Shown here: one piece after another, positions 48,501 to 58,000 of the stretch
How the letters are laid out: each line of letters opens with the position of its first letter
How positions within the stretch are numbered: position 1 is the first letter of the stretch
Virus record (IMG/VR): IMGVR_UViG_3300029319_008461
Span: 16,845 to 80,844 of that record
Strand: one strand, 5' to 3'
DNA from: a virus
DNA length: 64,000 nucleotides
Notes under the pieces: generated by a model
Database searches by the model: none
Told to the model about the DNA's origin: nothing
The model's input: only the letters and a program-made list of their open reading frames with translations
Position numbers and translations under genes: made by a program

Positions 48501-50408
48501 GACAATGTTTACCCAACAGATGCGGCAGATATTTCACCACGAGATCAAAACAAGTGGGTTATTATGCCTAAATGGGAATGCCCAGTATTAGATTTCCAAA
48601 ATTCTGAAGGCGGATACAACTTTAGTGCTTCTGTTAATGTTGGAGAGCATTCCCCAGATGTTAAGGGAATGTGGCACCAATATGGGGTGATGCCATCATC
48701 CTCGGCCGAGGGCGTGTTTATGTTTATATCGGATGTGTCCGCAGACTCTACAGAATTAAGACTCCTTGGTAATCCAACAGGGTCTGGTGCTAATAGAACA
48801 ATTGAAACGAGTGGGTCTTTTGTGTCTACATTAACTGGATCTGCAAGAGTTGAAGTCGTGAAGAAGGTCCCTAAATTTGTCTTGGATTCGGGACGTGAGG
48901 TTGACTCGCTGGCAAGATTGGTTGGATTTAAGGAAGATGATATTCAGGCACCCGGAACTTTCCAGCCAGAAAAAGCGAAAAGACTTGGACAATTAGCAGA
49001 GAACGGCGAGAAGACAATATCTGAAGCTGTTCTAGCGATGCCATATTATCTAGATCCAACATCGCAAGAGATGAAAGTTATGACTCTTAAGGGTAATATG
49101 GATGCGCTTGGTCCTAAAGTAAAAGAGTTTAGAAAGAACTTTACAAAGTATTCTTTGCCTCCATCGCTGAAGAAACAGTTAGCTTCTTTATTGCCGCCAA
49201 ATTATCCAAAGGTGTCTAAGTTTATTAATCCTTTCGGCGGTGACGACTACGATTCAATTATTCCAACTGAGGAAGATGTTAATATACCTATCGTGTATTT
49301 GTTAGAACATACTGTGGCCTTATCGAGGCAAGACTTAGCAGATATTTGGCAAGGTATTATGCCTGACATTGCAGCGACTATGAAAACAAGTGTATCTGCT
49401 ATTGACCACTATATGCCAGGAGATAGAGTTTCAGGAGTAGGCAGTAAGACAATATTCCCTGAGCTTGTTCTAAAAGAGCTTGAACTTGGTATACCGAGAA
49501 ATGGTCACCCAAGAGTCGATCTAATAGATGTTGCGCCTCTTGGATCTAATGATGGATTTATACCCGACATTAAATGGATGATATTCAAAGTTAAGGAGAG
49601 AGGTGTTGATACATTCTCGACCTTCATTTCGGAAGAATTAAATGGTGGACCTGGAACATTTTCGTACGATAGTGTTTTTGGAGTGATAGCTGACAATTTA
49701 CCAGACGAACAAAAAGATTTCTTAAAGCGTAAGAAAGCGGAGTATACCAAAGGGTTGTACGTTAGTGACGATCTTGGCGTGGCTGGTAACACTTACAACT
49801 GGCCGTATGACTATTGTTCGCTTGTTGAGATGGGCAAATTGTCTATAAACGTTGGTTTCCGACCAGAGCTTGAGAGAGAGATTGAGGACATATCTGAAGA
49901 GCAAGAAACAAACGCTCGAAGCCGAGGCGAAAGAAACAAGAAAGTCTTAGAGAATAAACAACTAGAGCAGACAAGAGTAAACGCTCCAAGACAGTTGCCG
50001 CCTGTTGGCAGTGGCGTGGCACCTCAAGCCACAACCTTTATTCAACCCCCGCCTGGCGCTGAAATCATAGGGCAGCCTCCTGGCGCACCACTACCCGATG
50101 ATCTGCCATTCCCAGCCGATATCCCCGAGGGTATGACGCCTCCTGTTCCTGGGCAACAAGTTGATCCATTTGCAGGGGAATCACCCCTTCAACAAGAGCA
50201 GTTTGACCCAGGTAAAATGAACCAGGGGGATATACCGGCTGAATTTAGAAACCTCACGCCAGCACAGATGGAACGCCGCCGAACTGAGGAGATGGCCAAG
50301 AGGAATGAGCCACAACAGAATTTTACACCTAGTTCGGCACCACCTAGAAGAGGTGGCGGTGGCGGCGGAGGCACTAGTGGCGGTTCTGGCGGCGGCGGTG
50401 GATATTAA
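39513..50408 (+). CDS. 3631-aa baseplate wedge-like protein (gp7/P2 gpI motif) with LamG/ConA-like domains
   Basis: LamG-like TVEFF...FNHFAFV...FYING...LSGTLDEFRFWRTAR at about 40000-40740 and a second copy at about 41560-42330. ILKSKGNEKAIRNLVRCFG matches the gpI/gp7 motif. Pro/Gly-rich C-terminus. Confidence 0.7.
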   Translation: MSIKKLFENNKQGNSVGKYLKSSAVASLSGGIESSQHLSETLRRQQEFTAPLDYGDPDEFAKYGSAEKYYENSFNYILQNYPYDGSGFEKEKFYNDLNPLEKFIFNERYPKSTGFASIGTNYGTAVSHSSHYFSSPKTEFIQVKGGPHSGTLFASNFRQNNLEFGGPSGSTVEFFLSKSDIPGGGEVVTTQSPRQVIFDLWNGVSTGSVDDDETNGCYGNLRIELSKSLEDRFLVTMLSGTKGYVTQSIPTTGGVGNYITGSGFNHFAFVFNTSESSPTIDFYINGVCHETGISPTGHQAGQISLVTGSLVANIGALRVAPSGVSDTNSMEGRGKLSGTLDEFRFWRTARSGEDVGRNWFTHVNGGADKQDANSALGMYFKFNEGITGTSSVDSVVLDYSGRISNGSWTGYAAGARDTGSAITQQALTQSVAGRTELEDPIVIPSASVLTTRRDELKEIGEYHDSKNPSFILNSFPDWIVQEDSEFGNELRNSTQIISTYFDTLYSQISHLTKIKSMDYLSGSATGSVFEFPHNDRLVEQLGVEAPELFENADLLSQFLKRGEDINFKYDLSTIKNTIYKNIYNNLNHILKSKGNEKAIRNLVRCFGVDEEIIKVNIYSDNSTYKLDNNYRSDTSNKKYADFTGLLDQESSNATVYQYPNSDLPESYGVISGSSGSLSLIEYGFTAQCEFVFPNRKEVDTLTHTPLQVVTSSLFGWHTPRGEHKLLSSSTDTSWHYPNADSGLQVVAIKSASQMAEIISPTHRVKDVFFKVLDRHNNELIVSDVFRNVYENKKWNIALSVHPKRFPFAQTSGANANVHDGYDIDFYAVNYDSGIRQESFFKTGSLTYKSGSDIVSAAKRYYVGAHRTDFTGTVLTSSDVRASSFRYWTDVLPTGAIDMHARSADNYGTLNPTRQAYTFQSKNPGVYIPQADTLAVHWDFADVTGSDASGRFNVNDFSSGSLDSGSGGDLFHESPQHINSRQHTGRGDFFPASDKPIRKELLYTDKLELPEYAVSSDMVKIKNIDDAAYAPMLRPERLFYAVEKSMYRGISERMLQLFASVEELNNLIGDPVNRYRPNYKSMEKLRQIFFSKVGNTPDLQKYLDYYQWLDSALGQMLEQMFPASAKVAPGVRNIIESHLLERNKFNYTFMGNRKKSTRQSVVSNPASEEIVISNAEPGGVANNQVVQEEDPPPERRPDAARPTNPPPAITEPKGLTISNNNGAGQVAIPYDKKKAPLPESPPPENRNRWWWMTRAERNTVTISQSNPGVMASREAIFRQAKSYYAPNRLVNIGAFLPQENKPTNQGIGNVKESKTEVAVAKVKFGDLKLDEDVKDEIVPNVKKQRKVRASVDGEDVKGQTVLPFTPVSSTVSSGYQKQLQDAGLTNVDLANLHVRPVAAQTPFTLAHVGGQQARSAPVGAKLNQSDNVRKESYQLEIASAAGEFDETPAKTPKGQYKRGSGASRPVNVANIQTLTTDIAPEGGVRVLGNFSKFYEVLNTSNRAATNMDLAFNPDAYHTSSLLLQSGTMPSAFLTDVPRRNQGLTGSAEFTAPRQRSGVRTNNTIIADRFSAPGSKEDSKQLFRDRTSDQFSPNNALPFRNIKVRQRFNTLLRRHTGFGGFQTSSLVTLLDRYDSIDLGAFNDGIVIPSGGLPAVHGDPLSIHTASLVAVHKTQRNGILRPELVSGNLNSPLVPIMTTGAVRDNAFVTRPIPAGDRYAWFMALSHSQATPGDHPGQNVGDNFHNFILSSSRFPEDITLYTSSLAHSEKNRLYPGSFVVQANGVFSNSGGGFTYIWERNGAGLWAPWTQTRYGQFTTKGMFNSKQNFYLIDAANITTKAESVDQITGKKLIATEKGETVKDFQKSIVQDQDNALQIFQGGGGNILTHHISKRYKEPPLTSRYKPLVHHIKTRRGTPALTEKKSVDVSVKYSYGNELQGFANRGLNIDLGNKQDFKLGQLKRPYEVFRDTFVDGVDPSVDGVELIKLMSYKETIYPKEIYTYLSATRARNFYRNSFWKADIATGSAQELIARNITEMSGLIHDANIEDFNNFWERSVTDEGAGRGFSSSFDYFVKMDEQFPVALFQGDTSGNVGYLPRPKFTPYVDGEGNRAEGTGSKWPLDSFYYSEFSGTLFTSSFTGSDPILTDAGTNLLFCMASTLPAGELMMPHYGIVMSGNAVNSGSEQGGVRFNTSSLNSPQYVYTVPTEKIRTTDLANGKAVFIAEAQAVAGPVTRPPWTAARRRKFVDGPKKNTLAPARYPWYNSYEDWQQELRNLGKDYTIIPEYRISELMPTYKELGNFGAVLSGALSVTGATNDTGSQTAFNSADREFLPRYATSDAAEYLKTFMKAGSKDAEFNKSPRHLEVKSEALLKLLPYEGFYPVLRTLELARLFSQSYAPVIEYSGEDNLVAPAGGFYPSFKTLEPPSPDESSPLQPRAFRAISRPFFAPGIVYNSIKAGVGVQYPILRKGMAALSPSSIQDPLDGHFSASIFFSLATGDLNVSGSPETAITLPGGRRRRKEGTAENFDFFKLDEGVVGDQLKDGSRGAPHRMFYSDVVPFEGIFKPMEHISMDKRGVVLADINPVLFQQITASVPTSGALVSFLRHPEGEGDLETVTEFFKFDDDLYRLGMSNFMANIPRFFLKKQKDGGFMSKFIAEIPAKAPADNPAGAAAAQQNEARTVTVSKDKAYIMEIGMKQTDRHMMYSNPAAFGPATATGSFDWNEMLAGGHDASAAKAVDFGTRATATLEINTFDENQLDGKFIGITGSSDPLGVTTRVSFAFDKSVAGSSPARSSATEYVIGAQSPADAVAVGNAIKAALDLASTNNDLKIISSVNLSTGDVTITQDLFTDRFNGDEIVGSAVEPPNPGVGVTVAGPFAGGRIAPLYTAATAEQTGGVPQGRDWPYSRAEFAPYTPTYFYGPSVVRITYVPRKSGEVTLRDILSGEDLFVEYNNENGYYYDFDSGSFIGVNEQILSLDGVPAYGFNRAWQNRQDLDASLVIDNVYPTDAADISPRDQNKWVIMPKWECPVLDFQNSEGGYNFSASVNVGEHSPDVKGMWHQYGVMPSSSAEGVFMFISDVSADSTELRLLGNPTGSGANRTIETSGSFVSTLTGSARVEVVKKVPKFVLDSGREVDSLARLVGFKEDDIQAPGTFQPEKAKRLGQLAENGEKTISEAVLAMPYYLDPTSQEMKVMTLKGNMDALGPKVKEFRKNFTKYSLPPSLKKQLASLLPPNYPKVSKFINPFGGDDYDSIIPTEEDVNIPIVYLLEHTVALSRQDLADIWQGIMPDIAATMKTSVSAIDHYMPGDRVSGVGSKTIFPELVLKELELGIPRNGHPRVDLIDVAPLGSNDGFIPDIKWMIFKVKERGVDTFSTFISEELNGGPGTFSYDSVFGVIADNLPDEQKDFLKRKKAEYTKGLYVSDDLGVAGNTYNWPYDYCSLVEMGKLSINVGFRPELEREIEDISEEQETNARSRGERNKKVLENKQLEQTRVNAPRQLPPVGSGVAPQATTFIQPPPGAEIIGQPPGAPLPDDLPFPADIPEGMTPPVPGQQVDPFAGESPLQQEQFDPGKMNQGDIPAEFRNLTPAQMERRRTEEMAKRNEPQQNFTPSSAPPRRGGGGGGGTSGGSGGGGGY

Positions 50409-50444
50409 TTGTTACAGTAATTTATAACGGAATGTATTTAATGT

Positions 50445-51461
50445 ATGTCTAAGTTTTTGGATAGGAAAGAGCAAGTCATAGAAATAGAACTTACCAGGTG
50501 GGGTAGGGCGTCTTTTGCTGCCGGTAAATTTACTCCAAAATTTTACTCATTTCATGATGATGACATACTATATGATAAAGAGTTTGCCCCAAGCGGAAGC
50601 ATCCAAAAAGATAATCCTAAAGTATCAGAAGAAAAACAAAATGACATTGTTAATAGGATTAAAACAACTCCGAGAGTATCAATAATAAGTGATGGTGGCT
50701 GGGAAGTAAATCATAAGTCTTCTACTGCAACTGGCGACAAACATAAAGAAAGCGCAAATGTTGGTGCGTTAACTCCAAATCAAATTTCACCTGCTACCGC
50801 AAAATTTTTAAGACCTATTGGCACCAGCAGTCCATTCAAAGAGTTTGCTCCGGCTTGGGAAATAAAAGCCATGGCAGGAAGCGAGCCCTTATTTGTTTCA
50901 GGAACCGAAGAGTTCCCCTATCGTAACGGTGCTGAGGGTTCTGAAATAATAGTGCCTTATTTTTCTGCTAGTCTACCGCTAGAATATGATGTAGATCAGT
51001 TAACTATAAATGTTGACGCTGATGATGTCGTTGTTGAGCAGGGTGGACGAGAGGTTACTGAAAATCTATTCGAGTTAACAACTGAAGGCCGCTTGTTGCT
51101 AGACGTCCAAGAGCTTAATACAATATTTAAAACAAATGGCAATTTTGACATTGAGGTTTTTAGGGCACCGATAAGAGAGGGACGAACACTAGAATTACAA
51201 AGGCTGCATTTTATAAATGATAAGTTTGTAGGTGCTGGTGGTTTATCTGTTCAAGAAGACCCGGACGAGTACGCTAGAGCACTTGCAGGTGATGATGAGG
51301 TTATTGGACAAAATGTTCCTTTGTTAGATCCTACTTATGTTGAGTATTTTCTATCCATAAAGACTGATGGTGGTATAGATGACTTAGAGGCACCTGTAAG
51401 GGGAGAAACTCTTTATCAAGGCGGTTCATCCGATCCTGTTGATCCGTGTGAGGAGGTATAA
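50445..51461 (+). CDS. Putative virion protein; N-terminus paralogous to 58518-59558
   Basis: FLDRKEQVIEIELTRWGRASFAAGKF...FHDDDILY aligns with FLDNSGDIILDAVLTDTGRKRLAAG...VGDDEIDY. Confidence 0.6.
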   Translation: MSKFLDRKEQVIEIELTRWGRASFAAGKFTPKFYSFHDDDILYDKEFAPSGSIQKDNPKVSEEKQNDIVNRIKTTPRVSIISDGGWEVNHKSSTATGDKHKESANVGALTPNQISPATAKFLRPIGTSSPFKEFAPAWEIKAMAGSEPLFVSGTEEFPYRNGAEGSEIIVPYFSASLPLEYDVDQLTINVDADDVVVEQGGREVTENLFELTTEGRLLLDVQELNTIFKTNGNFDIEVFRAPIREGRTLELQRLHFINDKFVGAGGLSVQEDPDEYARALAGDDEVIGQNVPLLDPTYVEYFLSIKTDGGIDDLEAPVRGETLYQGGSSDPVDPCEEV

Positions 51462-54400
51462 ATGGCCAGCAATATCTCGCTAAATGAAAATAACTTTTTC
51501 CCAGATTTGATACCAGATCTTCAACGTAAGTCGGGTTTAGTTTATCTTTCCTCAAACTATCCTAGTGTTACGATAAATAGCGTTGATATAACCAATGACA
51601 TCAGGGCAGTTGGCGAAGGACAAAAAGAAGAAACAACAATCGTCACTGTCAACACGAATATATCAGAGGCCATACTAGACGAATTAGTTAACGACGATGA
51701 ATTTGTAAGGTTCTATAATACTCCAAATTATATTAGCAACTTAAGGGTAAGGATAGTCGCATGTTTTGGGACACAAGGACAATCCTTGGACTACATCACT
51801 CAAAGAATGAACGAATACCAGGCCGGACTAATGACGATCTCTGGGCAAGCTGACGCCGATGAGTTTTATATTAAGCTGATTAACAATTTGACATCCACAG
51901 AATTCTCCTTGTTGTCTTCAGCCGGACCATTCGGATCGGATACTATTTTGAACACCCTCAAGACAAACCTTCAGGATAAAATTTATTATAGCCCATCCAG
52001 TGACAACGACGGTATTATTTTATGTGACTTGCCTCTCGATGATGTTCTACAAAAAGATAAAGATGGTAACGTTCTAACGAACAAAAAAACAAGATCACTG
52101 ATCAAGAACACCACTGCGGACGGCTCTGAAAACTTTGCGAACTATGTGGTGCAGACCATAGATCTAAAGCCGTTTGTTTTTAGAATAGGATCTGCTGAGC
52201 GATATACCAACAGTGAACTATCGGATGTTAGGTTTTACGCTTTTACATATATGGATAACCAGGCTTTCTTAGAGAGTCAAGGTTTATCTAAGGATTCTAC
52301 AATAGGGGAAGAGGATCGACTTATAGAAACTGGGATGGGCTTTGTAAAAAGCGCAGTCTTTAGGGGTGTTGAATATGATTACCTAACACAGGAACAAAGT
52401 TCTGTAATCACAAACCCAGAGATTGAATCTGAAACTTTGTCCCCAATGGCTTCAAAAATGTCAGATCGACGTGGTTATCAAAGATTAAATTTAGTTGATT
52501 TTAAAAACCAAATTATCTTAAACACCACTGGGCTCCTTAAAGAACTTGATGTTAATAATAAGACCTACCAAAGTATAGAAACCAGTAATTTTTTCTCTGA
52601 CTTTTGGGTAACCAAGTGTGAAGATGACAATGCAAGGTTTGGCTTTGTGTTTGATAAGCTGGCCTATCTTTCTAAGAATAGCGAGTTCCCCTTCTTATAC
52701 TCAAATCCTAACACTGCTAAGGATCTTATGACTGGAGGGGGCGACTTACAGCTTACAGAGGACGAAATTGTAAAATGTTTAGATATTACAATGTCTAAAC
52801 GACAAATAAGAGAAGACTCTACCATTGCTGTTAATAAATTGACATTTGGTAAACAAAAAAAGTTTGATGAGTCTTACTATAGGCCGGAAGAAATAGTCGA
52901 TAAGCCAATATTAATAGATAGCTTAGGACAATTCTTGAACCCAGGTATCTCTAGAAGGATGAGCTTTTACGAGGGGTACGATACATATGCGGATGAGTTT
53001 AAGACACAGACTGCCGGAACCTTTCAGTATGCCGCTGAGGTAAACGTATATGACCCATCGTTAAACTATCTTAGAAAAATATCTGACAGACTAAGAGAAA
53101 TATCTCACAGAACTGTAAACTTATACGAATTGATTGTCAACTCACCACCAAGTGAACTGGAAAGGAAGTTAGATTTAGTAGCCGATGGGGTAGGTCTTTA
53201 TGACCCAATTAAAAACGAGAGAATTGTTGCTCTTAGTTCAATAGCCTACAATAACCAGACGGCCAAGCAATCTTTGATGTCAGACATTAGGGGCTATGTT
53301 AGGTTGTTTACAAAAATGTCCTTGACAAACACTCTTAGTTCTAATGCAGTAGAAACGATGCTAATGGCTATGGTTGAGAAAAAAGATCCTTATGGTATTA
53401 TGGAATTTAATGATGTTGTTGATTCCTTTAAGAGAGGCATTGATCAAATCATAGAAACCAAGATGCCTAAAGATCCTAATTTGGAGTCTACAACTGCGCT
53501 ACAAAAATTGGCCGCTAACACAACACCAACAAAAATAAATATACTAAACTTCAAACACTATTTTGACGACCTGTTTGAATATGGCAAAAGGTACGGAACA
53601 GGGTATCTTTACTTATCACAGGAGGTCCAGGGTAACATTCCTAATCCTGCTGGTCTGCCAACTTTCTCTAGAGATTTTTTCACAGACCGAAGACGAGAGG
53701 AGTTTAACAAATATTTTGGCAGCTATAATCAACCAGGCGCACCATCATCTTTTGCAAATCCTGATGGAACTCCATATGAGATATCAAGTTATCAATATTT
53801 TACGCCTAAGGGCATTAAGAGCTTTGGAAAAGAAATGATTGTTCAAACCTCATACCGAGCACAAGATGAAAACATTTTGTCTTATGATATAGACAGATAC
53901 GCTGATCTGTTTAATGACCTTGTTAGAAGCCGAATATATTCTTATGATTACAACTTACCCTTTTACTCAGCACAAGATTTTGATGTAACTCCAAGAGACT
54001 TATTTGACAGTGCTAATAGCTCTCTGTTTGCACACGGTTGTGTTGTTAGTGAAGGTATACAAGAGCAATTTACCATCCCCACTGTTGGTGAAAATATAAG
54101 CAAAGTAATTAAAATTGGCAAAGATGGCAACGAAAACCCAGAGGTTGATGCCCCGAGAATTGTAGGCACATTTTTGGGCGGGGACAGCGATACTGATATA
54201 GAGGCAAAAGATTTTCTTAGGACAACAGAGAAAGAACTTACTCCTTTTGCTACAGGAACTTACGGTGCTGTTTTTGATCCATCTGCAATCGATAAAGATG
54301 AGATACCGTTGGTTCCGGCCGGTCTACCGCCAACTAAATTAACTTTTGCCATACTTGGTGAACTTGAGCTAGATTCTAAAGTGGACAGCACACCATACTT

Positions 54401-55049
54401 GAAAGAAACCTTCAATTCTATGGTCAGGAATGTTAACAAGTTAGGGCTCGATGATATTAGCATCCAGAGCGCAATAGAAAACAAATATGCGCCAATTCCT
54501 AACCAACTTAAGTCAATGTTTGTTATTGCTACTTCGCAGAGAGCAAAGTCTTTGGGTGGGGCTGGTTTTGATGCTGTTAGACCACAGCTTGAGGATGCTG
54601 ACACAGCCGATTTTGTTGATTCGATTTCATATATTGATCAGAACGAAGAGTTCCCACCATATAATTCAACTCGTGATCCCATGAAGACATACGCTAAGTT
54701 TTTAACTTTTTGGATGAACTACAAGCAGATTGCTGTAATAGAATATTTATCCGGATTTGAGAACCTTGATAGCATACCATTTGGTATTAGAGTTACAGAA
54801 GATGACCCAACTTTTTCAAGAAAAGCTCTAAGACCAGTGTGGCAAAAATTTACCCCTGGCCTTTTTAACTCAACTAGTAGACAGACACTTTTGTGTCGAG
54901 TTAGAAACATATCTAAAAATGATTTAGTCGTGGTGTCTGATGATGAGTCCAGAACAAGATCGGACCTTAATAAAGGTGTGGATATAGACTTTAGAGAAAT
55001 ATTTGATCTTCCTATTTATAACAGATACTTTATTTTGAGAGGACAATAA
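51462..55049 (+). CDS. 1195-aa hypothetical protein (probably virion)
   Basis: Long ORF with a GAGGAGG Shine-Dalgarno inside the structural module; no motif recognised. Confidence 0.6.
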   Translation: MASNISLNENNFFPDLIPDLQRKSGLVYLSSNYPSVTINSVDITNDIRAVGEGQKEETTIVTVNTNISEAILDELVNDDEFVRFYNTPNYISNLRVRIVACFGTQGQSLDYITQRMNEYQAGLMTISGQADADEFYIKLINNLTSTEFSLLSSAGPFGSDTILNTLKTNLQDKIYYSPSSDNDGIILCDLPLDDVLQKDKDGNVLTNKKTRSLIKNTTADGSENFANYVVQTIDLKPFVFRIGSAERYTNSELSDVRFYAFTYMDNQAFLESQGLSKDSTIGEEDRLIETGMGFVKSAVFRGVEYDYLTQEQSSVITNPEIESETLSPMASKMSDRRGYQRLNLVDFKNQIILNTTGLLKELDVNNKTYQSIETSNFFSDFWVTKCEDDNARFGFVFDKLAYLSKNSEFPFLYSNPNTAKDLMTGGGDLQLTEDEIVKCLDITMSKRQIREDSTIAVNKLTFGKQKKFDESYYRPEEIVDKPILIDSLGQFLNPGISRRMSFYEGYDTYADEFKTQTAGTFQYAAEVNVYDPSLNYLRKISDRLREISHRTVNLYELIVNSPPSELERKLDLVADGVGLYDPIKNERIVALSSIAYNNQTAKQSLMSDIRGYVRLFTKMSLTNTLSSNAVETMLMAMVEKKDPYGIMEFNDVVDSFKRGIDQIIETKMPKDPNLESTTALQKLAANTTPTKINILNFKHYFDDLFEYGKRYGTGYLYLSQEVQGNIPNPAGLPTFSRDFFTDRRREEFNKYFGSYNQPGAPSSFANPDGTPYEISSYQYFTPKGIKSFGKEMIVQTSYRAQDENILSYDIDRYADLFNDLVRSRIYSYDYNLPFYSAQDFDVTPRDLFDSANSSLFAHGCVVSEGIQEQFTIPTVGENISKVIKIGKDGNENPEVDAPRIVGTFLGGDSDTDIEAKDFLRTTEKELTPFATGTYGAVFDPSAIDKDEIPLVPAGLPPTKLTFAILGELELDSKVDSTPYLKETFNSMVRNVNKLGLDDISIQSAIENKYAPIPNQLKSMFVIATSQRAKSLGGAGFDAVRPQLEDADTADFVDSISYIDQNEEFPPYNSTRDPMKTYAKFLTFWMNYKQIAVIEYLSGFENLDSIPFGIRVTEDDPTFSRKALRPVWQKFTPGLFNSTSRQTLLCRVRNISKNDLVVVSDDESRTRSDLNKGVDIDFREIFDLPIYNRYFILRGQ

Positions 55050-55050
55050 C

Positions 55051-58000
55051 TTGGCAGCCGGCGATAGAAATCAAGAACAAGAACAGTCACCAGATCTTCG
55101 ACAACAGGAATTAGTCCGAGAGAGGAGAAGGTTTTATGACCGCCTCACCAATGTGGAGTCTGGACAGTTTGTCGGCAGCGGGGTTGATTTCTATGAGTTT
55201 GTGCAGCCAGAAGGAGCAGTCAATCAAAAAGCGCAATCTATCGATGTTTTGTCGGGGGAAAGAAGCCCGGACTTTGTATCAAGACAAGTCATAGCACAAA
55301 GAAATTTAACTACTCTTGACCCAATAAACAGATACTACGCTATGGGCGGAGATAGAGTGCTTAGGGCTAAGGTTACTTTCACGCCACTAGAGTCAAACGA
55401 TGCTTATGGGAACCAAAGACTGACCCCAGAGGCACCCACATCAGTGAATGTCAATTTTAATGTTGGCGGTTATAAGCGTGAGGGGTCTAGGACAGAAATT
55501 AAAGGGGTTGTCCGATCGCAAAAAACAGACATTCTAAATGCTTTCTCTAATACAGCCGTGGAAAAAAATCCTAACCTTCCTTTTGCTGAAGGAAAATATA
55601 GAGGGTTTGTTTTCCCAAGAGGGTCTGGACGCCAAGAAGAACCGTTTAATTTTTATACTGAGATAAGTAACTTGGCATCTGCTGGTGGCGGAGAAGTCTT
55701 TACAACCTTTAGTCAGGTTGAGGCGTACTTTCCCCTGTCTCAAGGTGGACGTGGACAGGGAAGACAAAATGGGCCTCTGACTAAGACTATTGGCGGTGAT
55801 CCAGAAGTGGTCGATACCCCAGGGGGACAAAGAAGCTTGTTTGCTATAAGTCCGAGAATGGAAAGAATTCTTAGAGTCTTAGATTATGACACATTTGAAG
55901 AATTCACGACTGATCACCCGATGTTTAGAACTGAGCCTGTTGGTGGATTTGGTGCTGGATATTCGGACAAACAAGTGCCGCAGAACAGAGGTGGTTCTCC
56001 TTATGATGGATACACTAATGAAATCAGGGCAGTCCTTGAAAGGATTAGAGACTCATATGATCTTAGTAAGGCTTTGGAGGCCGCAAATGCTACATTGACT
56101 AGGACAGAAAGAATTATAATACAAAACCAACGAGATCCTGTCGTATATGAATTTTATGATTTTGAAACTAAGACTAGCTTTGTAGACGATCCTTATATTT
56201 CTGTCTTGAACCAAAATGCAGGAACTCGGCCTCAAAGACAGTTATCCGTGTCACGTTTTCGACCTGCAAAGGTAGAGGCTGTTTTTAATTATGCACTTGA
56301 GGGCTACGATAATAATATTGCAAATCGCACTATACCTGAATCTGCTCTTCCTAATTTGTATGTTTATCAATTAGCGGTTGGAGCAGATCCCATCCAGGGG
56401 CTGACCGGGGAAGGTTGGGACGCATCTCCTCAAGGAAGAGAGGTCAAAAGAGGATACGATGGGTTAGTCACTTTAAACGAATTTATATCTGGAACTTTGC
56501 CAAGGCTTAGGGCAGATCAAAATGGTGAAGACGGAGCCATTTCTGAGTATCTAACTCAATATGGACAAGCTACCCAGAACTCAAATGTTGTTGTTGATCT
56601 AACTTCCTCAGTTGCTAGAAGATATTATAATCAAATCACTGATGCGACATCAATGAATTTGTATGAAGAGTTTAATCAGTACAAACATCAGTTCCCATTA
56701 TATAATGAAGTATCCATTCCGATGACAGAAAGAGGTAGTCTTAACACTTTGTTAAACCAAAGTATTGGCGCAACTTCTATGGTGAATTCAATCTTAAATG
56801 CTACCCCGGAAACAACTCCATTTAACTTTACAAGCTATGGTGCCATAGCACCCGGTGTTAGAAGCTTTGGCGGCGAAGGGGATGAACAACGAAGAGAGAT
56901 TGCAATCGTTGAGGCCAATTTAACAACTAAAGTTTACAACTTTGACACTTGGTTAGATGCGACCTCTGCTGCACTTAATCTTGATGATACGGCAGAACTA
57001 AGCTTGAATGGACCCTGGCGAGAAAGAAATGGTGGACAAGCCGCTGTAAGTGCCTGGAAGAACCAGGTTAGGAGTCTTGTTACTAGAGAAGCTCGTCAAA
57101 AAATGATAATGTATAAAGATTTGCTAGAGGGCACCAGAACACTAAGTGATTCAACCACTATCATGTATAAGTTGGTAAAGTATGCAGCAGGCGATAGAAT
57201 ATATGACACCCAAAAACGAACAGTTGTGCAGAACTTCTTTTTTGCTAACACTAATGAAATAGATCTTTTAAACTTTGTCGATACACAGGTAAAGTCAAAT
57301 AAATTCTATCAGTATGAATTATACGCTTATGATGTTGTTTACGGTTCTAAGTTTGAATTTAGAACAAGATTTGCAACATACCCAGTTGAGGGAGACACTA
57401 TAATAGAAAGAAGATCTCAAACTCGTGGTACGTTGGCCTTTTTCTCTTTTAACGTGAACACTAAACCAAGCGTTAAGATAGTTGAGTATCCTTTAACAAT
57501 TGGTGGCTGGCGACGCAGGATAACAGTTGGTCCGCAGAAAGGTCAACTAGGCACCGTTGCTGTCCCGACCATACAAGAACGGCCAGATCTCGTCATTGGT
57601 GGTGTAAGCTACCCTATAACAAAAATTATAGCTTCGCCTCCATTGGCACCGGAAGCTAGTATTCTGTCGTACCAAAACACTAGCAATAAGATTCTAATAA
57701 ATTTACAAAGGTCCGTTGGAGAATATCTAGGGCGTGATGCATTGCCTTATGTAGCATTTAATGAAACGGAAGAAGAATTTTTAGCAGACTTGTCAGCAAA
57801 CCAAAAACTGGCCGATCCAAACCAAAGGGGTAGAACAGTTGCATACAAAGCGGCAAAAGGAGCCCCTCAGATGTTAATATACAGAGCCGACCAAATAAAT
57901 ACTGACGTTGCAACACCTCTTGATTTTTATAAGTCATTTTCTGGCAAACTGTACAAGACCTTAAACATTACGCAAGGAGCTAATCTTCAAAACTCTGCTC

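Noticed and set aside
50350-50402. GGC microsatellite or diversity-generating repeat
   Set aside because: Mixed Gly codons, and no template repeat or reverse transcriptase seen; it is protein-level low complexity.
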